This document shows, piece after piece, positions 17,839-28,600 of a stretch of DNA of 64,000 nt. The notes below the pieces were generated by a model. That model searched no databases and had not been told where the DNA came from. It worked only from the letters and a program-made list of their open reading frames with translations. The first letter of the stretch is position 1; every line of letters starts with the position of its first letter. This DNA is from an uncultured Candidatus Micrarchaeota archaeon (GTDB lineage: Archaea > Micrarchaeota > Micrarchaeia > Anstonellales > Bilamarchaeaceae), in NCBI GenBank assembly GCA_963714085.1, contig OY970229.1, forward strand, positions 288,001 to 352,000, read 5' to 3'. The translations under genes were made by a program, and so were the position numbers.

Positions 17839-18420
17839 TTATAATGACGGCTCGGGGGACGTTGGCGGCTCCGGGGGCGCGACTGGCCCGGCCGATGCCG
17901 GCTTGGCTTCCGGGGCCTTGGGCTCGGCCGATTTCACCGAGATGTCTATGGGCTTGGCATAGCCGAGCGACGGTTCTTCGGCGACCGTCACGACGTATCC
18001 CGGGGTCTGCACCCGCCTGCCTGAGAGCGTTATGAATCCGTGCGTTATCAATTGCCTGCTCTGCTGCATGGTCCGCGCGAGGCCCTTGCGGACGACGAGC
18101 GTCTGGAGCCTCCTCTCGAGCAGGTCCTTGACCTTGAGCCCGAGCACGTCGTCGATCGCGGCGCTGTCTTTGAGCAGCCCTATGCGCACGAGCTTGGACA
18201 GGACCTTCTGGCCGTCGGCCTTCCTTTCCGATTCGGAAAGGGAAAGCAGTCGCCTCGCCTCGCGCCTGGAGCGCCTGAGCGCGCTGTCCATCATCCAGAG
18301 CTCCCTCATGCACTTGAGGCCGTATTCGGTCTTCATGGTGCTGTCGTGCAGCAACCGCTCGGCTTCCCAGAGCATCTTGGGCCTCTCATACTTGTTCCTG
18401 AGTTTTGGTGGGTCTCCCAT
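17839..18420 (-). CDS. rps4: 30S ribosomal protein S4 (uS4)
   Basis: MGDP, YGLK..RELW, LERRLQT, SRQLITHG. Confidence 0.97.
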   Translation of the reverse strand: MGDPPKLRNKYERPKMLWEAERLLHDSTMKTEYGLKCMRELWMMDSALRRSRREARRLLSLSESERKADGQKVLSKLVRIGLLKDSAAIDDVLGLKVKDLLERRLQTLVVRKGLARTMQQSRQLITHGFITLSGRRVQTPGYVVTVAEEPSLGYAKPIDISVKSAEPKAPEAKPASAGPVAPPEPPTSPEPSL

Positions 18421-18432
18421 GTGAACACCTCA

Positions 18433-19149
18433 TCATTTCTTCTCCGCTGGCTTTGCTGCCGGGGCCGGCTTGGCCGGTGCCGGCGCAGACTTGGCTCCGG
18501 GCGCGGCTTTCGACTCCGCCGGCTTGGCCGCCGCTCCGGGCGCCGCAGCCGCGGCGGGCTTCCCCGCTCCCGCAGCCTCTCCGGCCTTCGTGGCCTGCTG
18601 CTGGGCGATGATGGCCTTCCTGAGCACACCGACCGCCATTCCGGTCCTTCCGGTGTTGCGGGTCTTCTGGCCGCGCACCTTCTGGCCGTAGGAATGCCTG
18701 TATCCCTTCCATGTGTAGAGCTTCTTCTCGCTCTCCACGTCCTCGCGGACCGCGAAGAGCAGGTCGTTCATTATCGCGTGCTTGTCCGTGCCATCCAACC
18801 TGTCGGCCTTGCGGTTGAGCATGAATTTGGGCACCGCGGGATAGTTGTGCAGGTTAAAGAGTATCATGTCTATCTTCTCTATCTTGGCGTCGTCGAGCTC
18901 CCCGACCCGGGTGTCCGGGGATATCCCCAGCTCGGAAGAGAGCACGTTGGCTACCGGGACCGCGAGGCACTGCCCGATGCCGCGCACGTGCGTGAGCGCC
19001 CTTCTCAGGTGGACCTGGCCCTTGATGTCCTTGCCCGCTATGCGGACGATTCCCCTGAAGCCCTCCTTCTCCGGCTCCTCCGGCTTGACAGGTTTCTTCT
19101 CCTGCTTCACGGCGACCTCTTTGTTCTTCTTCGGTGGAGTTTTAGCCAT
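18433..19149 (-). CDS. rps13: 30S ribosomal protein S13 (uS13) with N- and C-terminal extensions
   Basis: FRGIVRIAGKDI, VRGIG, MLNR, GYRHSYGQKVRGQKTRNTGR. Confidence 0.97.
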   Translation of the reverse strand: MAKTPPKKNKEVAVKQEKKPVKPEEPEKEGFRGIVRIAGKDIKGQVHLRRALTHVRGIGQCLAVPVANVLSSELGISPDTRVGELDDAKIEKIDMILFNLHNYPAVPKFMLNRKADRLDGTDKHAIMNDLLFAVREDVESEKKLYTWKGYRHSYGQKVRGQKTRNTGRTGMAVGVLRKAIIAQQQATKAGEAAGAGKPAAAAAPGAAAKPAESKAAPGAKSAPAPAKPAPAAKPAEKK

Positions 19150-19154
19150 AATAT

Positions 19155-19412
19155 CTACACTCTTGTTATGTTCTCGACCTCTATCTGGCTTACGCCCTCT
19201 ATCTTAGCTATGTTCTCTTCGAGCACGTCCATGCCGCCCTTCTCGTCGTTGAGCAGCAAGGTCGCGCGCATTATCTTTATCCCGAAAGGGCCGTCCTCTA
19301 TGCTGGAGGACCGTATCTTCGCGAGCTTCTCTATGCCCTCGCGCACGGCCTTCTCCTTGGAGGCGTCGTCGAGGAATATCTTTATGTCCGCGGCCACGTT
19401 GTACTCTTCCAT
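19155..19412 (-). CDS. ef1b: Translation elongation factor 1-beta
   Basis: About 85 aa, PFGIK..., LEENIAKIEGVSQIEV; downstream of the Zn-finger gene as is usual in archaea; start taken at MEEYNV. Confidence 0.85.
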   Translation of the reverse strand: MEEYNVAADIKIFLDDASKEKAVREGIEKLAKIRSSSIEDGPFGIKIMRATLLLNDEKGGMDVLEENIAKIEGVSQIEVENITRV

Positions 19413-19416
19413 AATA

Positions 19417-19563
19417 TCATGGCCCCTCGAATCCGCACTTGCACTTGTAGGCATTGAGGTTCTCCCTGCAGAAGTGGCAGCGCACCAGCTTGTCGCCGCA
19501 CGACGGGCAGGGGAACTCAGCGAACCGCTTCGTGTTCCTTCCGCATGAATTGCATCTCTTCAA
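19417..19563 (-). CDS. Small Zn-ribbon protein (DUF1610/HVO_2753 family, 48 aa), not in the ORF track
   Basis: Hand-translated from TTG with GGTGG RBS: MKRCNSCG...FPCPSCG...RCHFCR...YKCKCGFEGP. Confidence 0.9.
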   Translation of the reverse strand: MKRCNSCGRNTKRFAEFPCPSCGDKLVRCHFCRENLNAYKCKCGFEGP

Positions 19564-19702
19564 ATAACCACCTATATAGCACAAACACTGGATAATACGG
19601 GGTAAAATCGCAGGAATTATTTAAGATGCTTAGATATTTAAACGTGCCGTTGCTCCTGCAAAACCCCGATCCGGCCGGAAAACCCGGGTAAAACCCGGAT
19701 AT

Positions 19703-20884
19703 TCATACCAACCCGCGGGTGAGCTGACCGATCACCATATCCGTGGAGCGCCTGATTCCGGTTGGGAACGGGCTCAGCACCGTCCTTCCAGCGAGCATGT
19801 CGTACATCTTGGCGCAAAGCTGCACCTCGCTATGTAAGGGCGAGCGGTTCTCGGTCAGGATGGCTGCTGAGAGCTCGTACAGGTCGAACTCATTGAAACC
19901 GTATGGCGGCTTCAATCCGGGCGCGTAATTGATCACCGGCTTCCCGGCCAGGAGCGCGGTGATGAGCATGTCGCTGGTTCCGACCACGAGGTCTGCGCTG
20001 TACATGAGCTGTTTCAGCGTATAATCGTTTTGCGGGTCCGGGCCGTTCTCGGGATTGTGCAGCACCCCGGAGAACCTGGCCGAATCGTGCCTTTTGAATA
20101 CCGCCATGGCGTCCTCCCATATGGAGGGATGCGGCCTCACCACCACGTTTATATCCATCGGGTAGTCCGTCAGCGTGTCCGCGGCCTTGAGGAAGGAATC
20201 GAGCGCGCTCTGCGCTGTGAATCCGATACCGGCGTCCACCGGGTTGCTGATGAAGACCACCAGCTTCGCGCCTTTGGTGAATCCCGAGAACACGGGCTTC
20301 GCGAGGAGCGCCTCCCTCGTAGCGGGGCCGTATCCCTCGAACTCCGCCTTGGTGTGCTCGAAATAGGGGTTGCCGGTGATCTCGATGTTCGCGCCGTCGT
20401 AGTTGACGCGGGAGAACACCCCCGCGAGCGCCTGCCCGTCTATCACCCCGATCGTCGTCGGTATGTGCGCGAAGAGGTTTGTGATGCGCCTCTCGGCTCC
20501 GGGCTCGCATGCGAGGTCGCTGAACGGCTCGGCGTAGTTGCCCCACGTGTCCAGGACCGCGACGCGGTTCATGCGCGCCATGGAGCCTAGCCTCCACGCG
20601 AGCTGCTCGAGCGTCAGCTCCCCGTTTTTGGATTGGAGCGAGGTGCCGGTCAGTATCACGCCCGGCTGCCTGAAAAGCGAGACGTGCGATGCGGCGGAGT
20701 CCGGGTCCGATGCGACCTTGTCGGGCTCGATTTTCATTGCTCTGAATGCCCTGGCCGCATCAGGGCCCGAGATGACGTGCACCTTGTCGCCAGATTCCCT
20801 CAGGCGGAGTATCACCGGGGATATCGCCTCCGCCCCTCCACTCGTCGATGCCACCGCGATTACCTTTTTCCCTGGAAGTTCCAT
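19703..20884 (-). CDS. GT-B fold glycosyltransferase-like protein
   Basis: GGAEAI, VLDTWGNY, ITGNPYFE, VVRPHPS, SADLVVG...ALLAGKPVI motifs. Confidence 0.65.
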   Translation of the reverse strand: MELPGKKVIAVASTSGGAEAISPVILRLRESGDKVHVISGPDAARAFRAMKIEPDKVASDPDSAASHVSLFRQPGVILTGTSLQSKNGELTLEQLAWRLGSMARMNRVAVLDTWGNYAEPFSDLACEPGAERRITNLFAHIPTTIGVIDGQALAGVFSRVNYDGANIEITGNPYFEHTKAEFEGYGPATREALLAKPVFSGFTKGAKLVVFISNPVDAGIGFTAQSALDSFLKAADTLTDYPMDINVVVRPHPSIWEDAMAVFKRHDSARFSGVLHNPENGPDPQNDYTLKQLMYSADLVVGTSDMLITALLAGKPVINYAPGLKPPYGFNEFDLYELSAAILTENRSPLHSEVQLCAKMYDMLAGRTVLSPFPTGIRRSTDMVIGQLTRGLV

Positions 20885-21035
20885 AGTCTTGCCTCTTGAT
20901 GTTGCTTGCGGTCACGCAGGATGACCGTGGCTGATAAGTGCCACAAAGTAATTATAAATGTAGTTGAATCCGCCGAACCCCGCCACTGATGGCGCGCGCG
21001 GGGATATCCTTGGGATACGGGAAGAATAAAGCCAG

Positions 21036-21098
21036 GCCCTCGTAGCCTGACCTGGACAGAACAGGAGGCTCGCGGAGATCGGTGTTCCGGCGAGGGCG
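21036..21098 (+). pseudogene. Decayed tRNA-Arg copy
   Basis: Shares GCCCTCGTAG..CCTGGACAGAAC..GCGGAG..GTGTTC..CGGCGAGGGCG with the tRNA-Arg at 49293; T loop (AAATCA) deleted and anticodon stem disrupted. Confidence 0.85.
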
Positions 21099-21101
21099 AT
21101 T
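21053..21101 (+). repeat. 49-bp exact direct repeat, copy 1
   Basis: TGGACAGAACAGGAGGCTCGCGGAGATCGGTGTTCCGGCGAGGGCGATT identical to 22583-22631. Confidence 0.95.
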
Positions 21102-21239
21102 ATTCAGTCCTGCGCCTCGACTGGTAAAAATCCGCTTTTGCCCGGTTTCTGGGGGCTCGGCCCGACATGCGGGGGTGGCACCGTGGCAACGAGAGAGCTT
21201 GGCTTTCGTGGGAGCGCCGGTGCAAAACCTGCGAGAGCA

Positions 21240-22466
21240 TCACTTCATGAAAAACCGCACGCCATCGGCGATTGTTTTCTTCTTCTTGTCTATTGATTTG
21301 AATGCATGCGCCTGTTTTTCACTCATCTGCGGGCCGTACTTAGCTTCGATTACCGCATCCTCGGTTATGAAGTCCAGTTCGGTCCCATTCTCGTTATAGT
21401 ATTCGGGTTTCTCATTTTTAATCTCGAGAAAAACGAGGTTCTCGTACGAAGCCCCGGAATCCTTATCCCCGCTGATAAGATTCTTTATTGCAACGTCGCC
21501 CGCGTAGATCTTCTTCGGAGAGACCATTTTTTCATTGTATGATTTTGTGCATCGCTCTATGGAGTAGAACAGGTACGCTTTCTCGAAATATCCGATATAC
21601 TGCTTCACACTATCCACTGAGATGTTAAGGAGCTTGTGGATTTTGGTGTAGCTCGTCGGTTTGCCCACGCGCATGCAGAGAAGGGCGAACATCTCAAGGA
21701 TGACCTTTTCATTCTTGATTTTGTGGTAGGCGATTATATCCTTGTATATTATGCTTTCGACAAGTTCGTTGAGGTATTCCTTGTCCTCGGTCAGGACATA
21801 ATGCGGAATGCCTCCGAGGCGCAGGTAATCACGGAAAAGCCCGTCTAATTTCGCACGGTCCGACTTCTTGGCCTGTGCGTTTCTGAAAACAAGAAATTCC
21901 TGGAATGACAGTGGCATGATTTCGATGGTTTTCGTTCTTCCTGTAAGCGCGGCACGTTTGTCTCTCATCATCGTGGCCATGGACGAAGAGCAGACGACCC
22001 TGGCGTTTTCCAGGTCGTAGATGCTTTTAAGCTCGTTCTCGAATCCCTCTTTCGTTGCCACTTCGTCGATAAAGAAATAGAACCTGGCATCTGTGGACTT
22101 TTTGTGCAGCTCCCGGTATTTCTCCATCAGGTCATGGATAGAAAAGGTCCTGAGGGCGAAGGAATCGAGATTCACGAAGAAAATGCTGGTTGCCGGTGTA
22201 CCTCCGGACAATAGCTTCGAGATGGCTTGCCGCATTATGGTTGTTTTGCCGATCCTCCTAAGACCGGTGAGGAATATGATTTCACGGTCATCGATGTTTT
22301 CGAGTATTTTATCGACATAGCGATGCCTTGGGATGCTGTTCTCCGTAAAAGGCTGTTCCCACCAGGGATTTTGTTTGAATAGTTCGGATTCGACATTTTC
22401 TTTTATCACGTACGACCATGATTGCATTTCATTGCTCCGCTTCGATACGTCCGTCTTGGGCCCCAT
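21240..22466 (-). CDS. AAA+ ATPase (AAA_14 / DUF4143 type)
   Basis: QNPWW, GLRRIGKTT Walker A, FFIDEV Walker B, LTGR, PLSFQEF, GGIP, KKIY..D, ENLV, ELDF...IEAK. Confidence 0.9.
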   Translation of the reverse strand: MGPKTDVSKRSNEMQSWSYVIKENVESELFKQNPWWEQPFTENSIPRHRYVDKILENIDDREIIFLTGLRRIGKTTIMRQAISKLLSGGTPATSIFFVNLDSFALRTFSIHDLMEKYRELHKKSTDARFYFFIDEVATKEGFENELKSIYDLENARVVCSSSMATMMRDKRAALTGRTKTIEIMPLSFQEFLVFRNAQAKKSDRAKLDGLFRDYLRLGGIPHYVLTEDKEYLNELVESIIYKDIIAYHKIKNEKVILEMFALLCMRVGKPTSYTKIHKLLNISVDSVKQYIGYFEKAYLFYSIERCTKSYNEKMVSPKKIYAGDVAIKNLISGDKDSGASYENLVFLEIKNEKPEYYNENGTELDFITEDAVIEAKYGPQMSEKQAHAFKSIDKKKKTIADGVRFFMK

Positions 22467-22487
22467 GAGTTAGGAATGCACTGCAAG

Positions 22488-22515
22488 ATTTAAAAGACTT
22501 ACGGTGGCACCGTAA
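22488..22515 (-). promoter_or_regulatory. TATA box (TTTTAAAT) with adjacent palindrome TTACGGTG-G-CACCGTAA upstream of the ATPase
   Basis: TATA ~22 nt before the ATG (leaderless spacing); perfect 8-bp arms at 22499-22515. Confidence 0.55.
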
Positions 22516-22582
22516 ACTTTTGCCGTTAAGTATGCGTTTTGACCGCACACCATCCGGTTGATCCGTTTAGCATTTTCACGCG

Positions 22583-22631
22583 TGGACAGAACAGGAGGCT
22601 CGCGGAGATCGGTGTTCCGGCGAGGGCGATT
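22583..22631 (+). repeat. 49-bp exact direct repeat, copy 2 (5'-truncated tRNA-Arg relic)
   Basis: Identical to 21053-21101 and continues into sequence matching that downstream of the intact tRNA-Arg. Confidence 0.95.
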
Positions 22632-22665
22632 TCAATCAGCGACTTATTTTGAAGGAAAGCCAGGC

Positions 22666-25600
22666 TCAGGCCGGCGGCGGATTCTGCGGCGGGGCTGCCG
22701 GAGGCGACTGCCTCGTGTGCCAGGGCTTGCGCGGCGGCCTGCCGGCGGTGAGGAACTCGTATGCCAGGAAAGCCAGGACCATGGCCGCGGATATCAGCAC
22801 CGGCATCCACCAGTAGCTCTCCAGTCCCGGGGACTGAGGCTGGGCCTGGGCAGTGCTTTGCGCGGATTGGCTTGATGGGGGCTGGGCTGACATGTTGAGG
22901 AGTAGCGTAGCGGAGGTGCCTCCGTGGGCCACGTCCACCATGTAATAGCCCTGCAGCTGGAACGACAGCATGGCTTCGCCGTTCGCGTCCGTGGTGACCT
23001 GGGAACTCGTCCCGTTGGGGCCGTATATCTGGAGCGTGGCGTTCGCCAGCGGGAAGCCGCCCACCGTGAGCAGGATCACTCCCTGGCTGCTCGGGCCCTC
23101 GTTGCCTCCGGTTATGTTCGGGACGTCGCACGAGTTGGCCACGCAGAACTGGCCCTGTTTGCAGTCCGTGTCCGCGCAGCATTGGTATTGGTGCCAGACG
23201 TGGTTCTCGGCGTAGCCGCATGAGCTCATCGCCGGCTCGCAGGTCGCGACCGTGGTGTTGCAGTAGTACGTGGACGGGCATTGCGCGTCAGAGGTGCAGT
23301 TGACCTGCGGCGGCGGGGGAATCGGGGTCACCGGCGTTGTGACGTTCGCCGGGGCCGCCGCGGCGCATGTCGTGTACGTGAAGTTGTTGACTCCGGACCT
23401 GTAGCCCTGCTTGGAGGCGTCGATCTCGTAGCTCCCGTTCGCGGCTAGGTGGAACACCGTGGTGTCGTCGCTTCCAGTCGTCTGCGAGTAAAGCGTCCCC
23501 TCGTACGGTTTCGTGAGCACGAGCTTGACGTCGACGCCCGATGTGGACGAGGTCACGGTCACCTCGTCGGACGGGCATGGCGCCATGGAATAGGAGAGCA
23601 GCAGCGATGGCTGGGTGTATTGCACCGACGCGAATCCTCCGCCGCCTCCTCCGCCCCCTCCGTACGAAGGCGGCGGCGACGGTGACGGCGCCGGGGCGGA
23701 TATCGTGAAGCCGTAGTTGGGCGACGAGTTCGTATTGCCGTAGATGTCGGTGCAGGTCACGCGCCAGACGTGCGCTCCGACTGCGGCCGACAGCACCGAC
23801 TGGTCGGGCGTGCCGCTCAGGACCGACCCGTTGTTGTATTCGGGCGCCGCGTCCAGATAGAGCGAGCAGTTCAGCTCAGGAGATGGCGGATCAACAGCCG
23901 TGAAGTTGAAGGTCACGTCGATGGGCGCGCTTGACGAGTAGATGGCTCCGTTCGGGGGGCTCAGCTGCCCTATGTTCGGCAGGAGCGTGCTGGAGTTGAA
24001 GTACCAGGTATCGCTGGCCCCGGTGTTGCCCGCGTTGTCCGTGCACGCGACGTACCAGGTGTGGCTGCCGTCGGCTATGTCGCTGGCCGTGATGGTGGTC
24101 CCGGTGTCGTTCAGCACCGAGGGGTCGGACGTGTTCTGTGCGCCGTCTATGAAGACCGAGCAGTTCATCGTGGTGGCGAGGTTGTCCGTCGCCGTGAAGT
24201 TGAATGCGACTGTCGACGAGTCGAGCAATGACAGGTTTGCCGGCGAGCTCAGGGTCACGGACGGGGGTGTCAGGTCCACGGTGAAGGTCTTCGTGAGGCT
24301 CGAGCCCACGTAGGGTGCGCCATCCACGCATGAGACGTTCCAGTAATGGAGCCCCTCGCCCAGGCCGGAGTAGCCCAGCGTGGTGAGGGTGTCGTTCGAT
24401 GCCGTGGTCGAGTTGACCACCGACCCGTCGATGCTGAGGTTGCAAGAGGCGCTAGCGAAGAACTGGTCCGTCTCGTTGAAGGTGAAGCCCAGTGCCGCGG
24501 AGGAGGTGTTGATGCCCATGGGCGGGGAAACCAGGATCACGGTCGGGCCCACCGTGGCGACCGCGAAGCCCCATGGCGGGCTTGTGCCGGTATTATTGGC
24601 GGCGTCCGTGCAGGAGACGCTCCAGGTGTGGGGGCCGCCGACCAGGCCGGAGTCGCCCATGTCAGCCGGTACGCTGTTCGTAGCGGTGGTCGAGTTGACC
24701 TGGTAGCCGTCCATGGTGAGGTTGCATGAGGCCGTCGGGTAGACCGGGTCCGTCTCGTTGAAGCTGAAGTCCAATGACGTCGCGGTGGTGATGTTGTTGT
24801 TGGCCGGGGAGTTGAGGACGACCGTGGGCGCTGTGGTGACGATCGTGAAGTTCCAGGCCGCGCTCGGGCCGGTGTTGCCCGCGTTGTCCGTGCACGCGAC
24901 GTACCAGGTGTGGTTGCCGTCGGTGATGTTGCTGATCGTGAAGAGCGTCGGGGTGCTGTTCAGCACCGAGGGGTTGGTGCTGTTCTGGACGTTGTCGAGG
25001 TATATGGAGCAGTTCGTCGCATTGGCCAGGTTGTCCGTCGCGGTGAAGTTGAAGCTGACCGTGGCTGAGTTGAGCAATGAGAGGTTGTACGGGGAATTGA
25101 GGGCGACGCCCGGTGCCGTGGTGTCCACCGTGAAGCTCCTGGCCGCGCTCGTGTTCGTATTATTGGCCGGATCCATGCAGGTGACGTTCCAGTAGTGGAT
25201 CCCCTGGCCGAGAGGCGAGTCGCCCATCGAGGTCAGGCTGCTGTTCGCCGCCGTGGTGGAGTTGGCCACCGAGCCGTCCACCGTGAGGTTGCATGAGGCG
25301 TTCGTGTAGAAGTGGTCGGTCACGTTGAACGTGAAGCTCAATGCCGTCGAGGACGTGTTGAGGCCGCTTATCGGCGAGACGAGGACCACCGACGGGAGCG
25401 TGGATACGAGCGTGAAGTTCCATACCTGGCTCGTTCCAATGTTGCCCGCGCTGTCCGTGCACACCACGTACCAGGCGTGGCTCGCGTCGGTTATGTTGCT
25501 GATCGTGAAGAGCGTCGGAGTGCTGTTCAGCACCGAGGCGTTGGTCCTGTTCAGGTGGTTGTCTAGGTATATGGAGCAGTTCGTCGTGGAAGCCAGGTTG

Positions 25601-28600
25601 TCCGTCGCCGTGAAGTTGAATGCGACCGTGGTCGAGGTGGATATGGACTGGTTGGCCGGGGAGCTGAGGGTGACGTTCGGCGGCTCTGTGTCCACCGTGA
25701 AGCTCCTGGTCGCGCTCGTGCCCGTATGATTGGCCGCGTCTATGCAGGAGACGTTCCAGCTGTAGGCCCCCTCGCCCAGGCCGGAGTAGCCCAATGTGGT
25801 GAGGGTGTTGTTCAATGCCGTGGTCGAGTTGACCGGTATGCCGTTTATTGTGAGGTTGCATACTGCGCTTGCGAAGACGTCGGTCTCGTTGAAGGCGAAG
25901 TTCAGCGCCGTCGCCGAGGTGTTGAGGCCCATGACGGGCGAGCTCGGGACCACCAGCGGCGGGGTGGTCGCCACGGTGAAGCTGTTCGTCGCGCTCGTGT
26001 TCGTGTTATTGGCCGCGTTCGTGCAGGTGACGTTCCAGTAATGGACCGCCTGGCCCAGGCCGGAGTAGCCCAGCGTGATGAGGCTGCCGTTGGTCGCGGT
26101 CGTGGAGTTGCGGACCGTGCCGTCTATAGTGAGGTTGCATGACGCGTTCGGGTAGACCGGGTCGGTCTCGTTGAATGTGAAGTTGAGCGCCGTCACGGAC
26201 GTGATGTTGTTGTTGGCCGGGGAGACCAGGGTGACCGTGGGCGCGGCGGTGTCGACCGTGAGGTTCCTTGCCACGCTCGTGCCGTTGTTGCCCGCGTTGT
26301 CCGTGCACACCACGTACCAGGTGTGGCTGCCGTCGTCTATGCTGCCTATCGTGAAGAGCGTCGGGGTATTGTTGGCGGTCAGGAAGTTGGTCTGGCCGAG
26401 GCTCCCGTCTATGTAGATGGAGCAGCTCATCCTTAAGGCCATGTTGTCCACAGCGGTGAAGTTGAAGACCACGGTGGCTGAATTGAAGACCGAGAGGTTG
26501 GCCGGGGAGTTGGGGGTGACGTTCGGCGGTGTCAGGTCCACGGTGAAGGTCCTGGTGAGGCTCTTGCCTACGAAGCTGACCGGGTTCACGCAGGAGACGT
26601 TCCAGCTGTGGGCCCCCTGGCTCAGGGGCGAATAGCCCATCGTGGTCAGGCTGCCGTTGGTCGCGGTCGTGGAGTTGCGGACCGTGCCGTCTATGCTGAG
26701 GTTGCACGTCTCGGTCGGGAAGACGTCGGTCTCGATGAAGACGAAGGGCAGCGACGTCGAGGACGTGTTGAGGCCCGTGGGCGGGGAGGAGAGGATCACC
26801 GTCGCGGCGGTGGTCCCGACTATGAAGCTCCTGGGACCGCTCGTTCCGGTGTTGTTCGCGCCGTTGGTGCAGGACACGCTCCAGGTGTGGGGGCCGCTCA
26901 GGAGGCCGGAATAGCTCATCGTGGTCAGGGTGTTGTTCGAAGCCGTGGTGGAGTTCCTGGACGTGCCGTCTATGCGGAGATTGCACGACGCGTTCGGGAA
27001 CACGTCGGTCTCGATGAAGCTGAAGCTTATCGCGGTCGCCGAGGTGTTGAGCCCGTCGGCCGGGGACTGGGGCGCCACGCTCGGGCCGCTGGTGACCACC
27101 GTGAACGTCCTGGTCTCGCTCGTGCCGTTGTTGCCCGCGTTGTCCGTGCACGCGACGTACCAGGTGTGGCTGCCGTCGCCTATGCCGTTTGCCGAGAGTA
27201 TGGTCTGCGTGTTATTGGCCGTGGGCGCGTACTGGCTGAAGGCGTTGTCGATGTAGAGCGAGCAGTTCATGGCGCTGGCCAGGTTGTCGGTCGCATTGAA
27301 GTAGAAGGATACCGCGGAGGAGTTGAACAGCGACTGGTTGGCCGGGGAGGTCAGGTTCACCGTCGGGGGGGCCGTGTCCACCGTGAAGCTCCTGGTCGCG
27401 CTCGTGTTAGCGTTGTTCGCGCCGTTCACGCAGGTGACGTTCCAGTAGTGGATCCCCTGGCCGAGAGGCGAGTCGCCCATCGAGGTCAGGCTGCTGTTCG
27501 TGGCAGTGGTGGAGTTGGCCACCGAGCCGTCCACGGTGAGGTTGCATGAGGCGTTCGTGTAGAAGTGGTCGGTCATGTTGAACGTGAAGCTCAATGCCGT
27601 CGAGGATGTGTTTAGGCCGCTTATCGGCGAGACGAGGACCACTGCTGGGAACGTGGATACGAGCGTGAAGTTCCAGGTCGCGCTGGTGGCGGTGTTGTTG
27701 GCCGCGTTCCTGCAGGTGACGCTCCAGTTGTGGTTCCCGTCGCCTATGCCGGAGTAGCCCATGGTGGTGGGCGTGTTGTTCGTCGCGGTGGTGGAGTTGC
27801 GGACCGTGCCGTCTATGCTGAGGTTGCAGGACGCGTTCGCGAAGACCGGGTCGGTCTCGTTGAACGTGAAGTTCAATGAAGTCGAGGACGTGGTGAAGCC
27901 GCTGATCGGGGAGCTCAGGTTGACGGTCGGGGCGGTGGTGACGACGCTGAATGTCCGGTTCTCGCTCGTGTTCGTATTGTTCGCGTTGTCCGTGCACGCG
28001 ACGTACCAGGTATAGGTCCCGTCGGCTATGCTGATTATCGTGAAGGAGGCCGGCGTGTTGTTGATCGCGGAGCTGGTCCTGTTCAGGACGTTGTCGATGT
28101 ATATGGAGCAGCTCATCACAGGGGCGAGGTTGTCCTGGGCCGTGAAGTTGAAGGCTAGCGTGGTCATGTTATACAGCGACTGGTTGGCCGGGGTGGCCAG
28201 GTTCACCGTCGGGGCGGTCGTGTCCACCGTGAAGCTCCTGGTGGCGCTCGTGTTCGCGTTGTTGATGCCGTCCGCGCAGGATACGCTCCAGGTGTGGAGC
28301 CCCTGCGCCAGGGGCGAGTCGCCCAGCGTGGCCGGGGTGCTGTTCGTCGCGGTGGTGGAGTTGACCACCGAGCCGTCGACGCTCAGGTTGCATGCTGCGC
28401 CCGGGTAGATCGGGTCGGTCTCGGTGAAGTTGAAGTTCAACGCGGTCGATGAGGTGTTGAGGCCCGGGATCGGCGAGTTCAGGACCACCGTGGGCGCGGT
28501 GGTTATCACGGTGAAGTTCCAGGTCGCGCTCGCGTTCGCGTTGTTGGCCGCATCCCTGCAGGTGACGTTCCAGTGGTGGGTCCCGTCGGAGAGGCCGGAG

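Noticed and set aside
18040..19548. 502-aa + strand ORF (and 16644..17492)
   Set aside because: Antisense to clearly identified ribosomal/RNAP genes
19660..19700. Three AAACCC(C)G motifs downstream of the GT-B gene
   Set aside because: Short, irregularly spaced, no supporting context
21169..21240. GCGGGGGTGGCA... resembling a tRNA 5' end
   Set aside because: No complementary acceptor strand or canonical T arm
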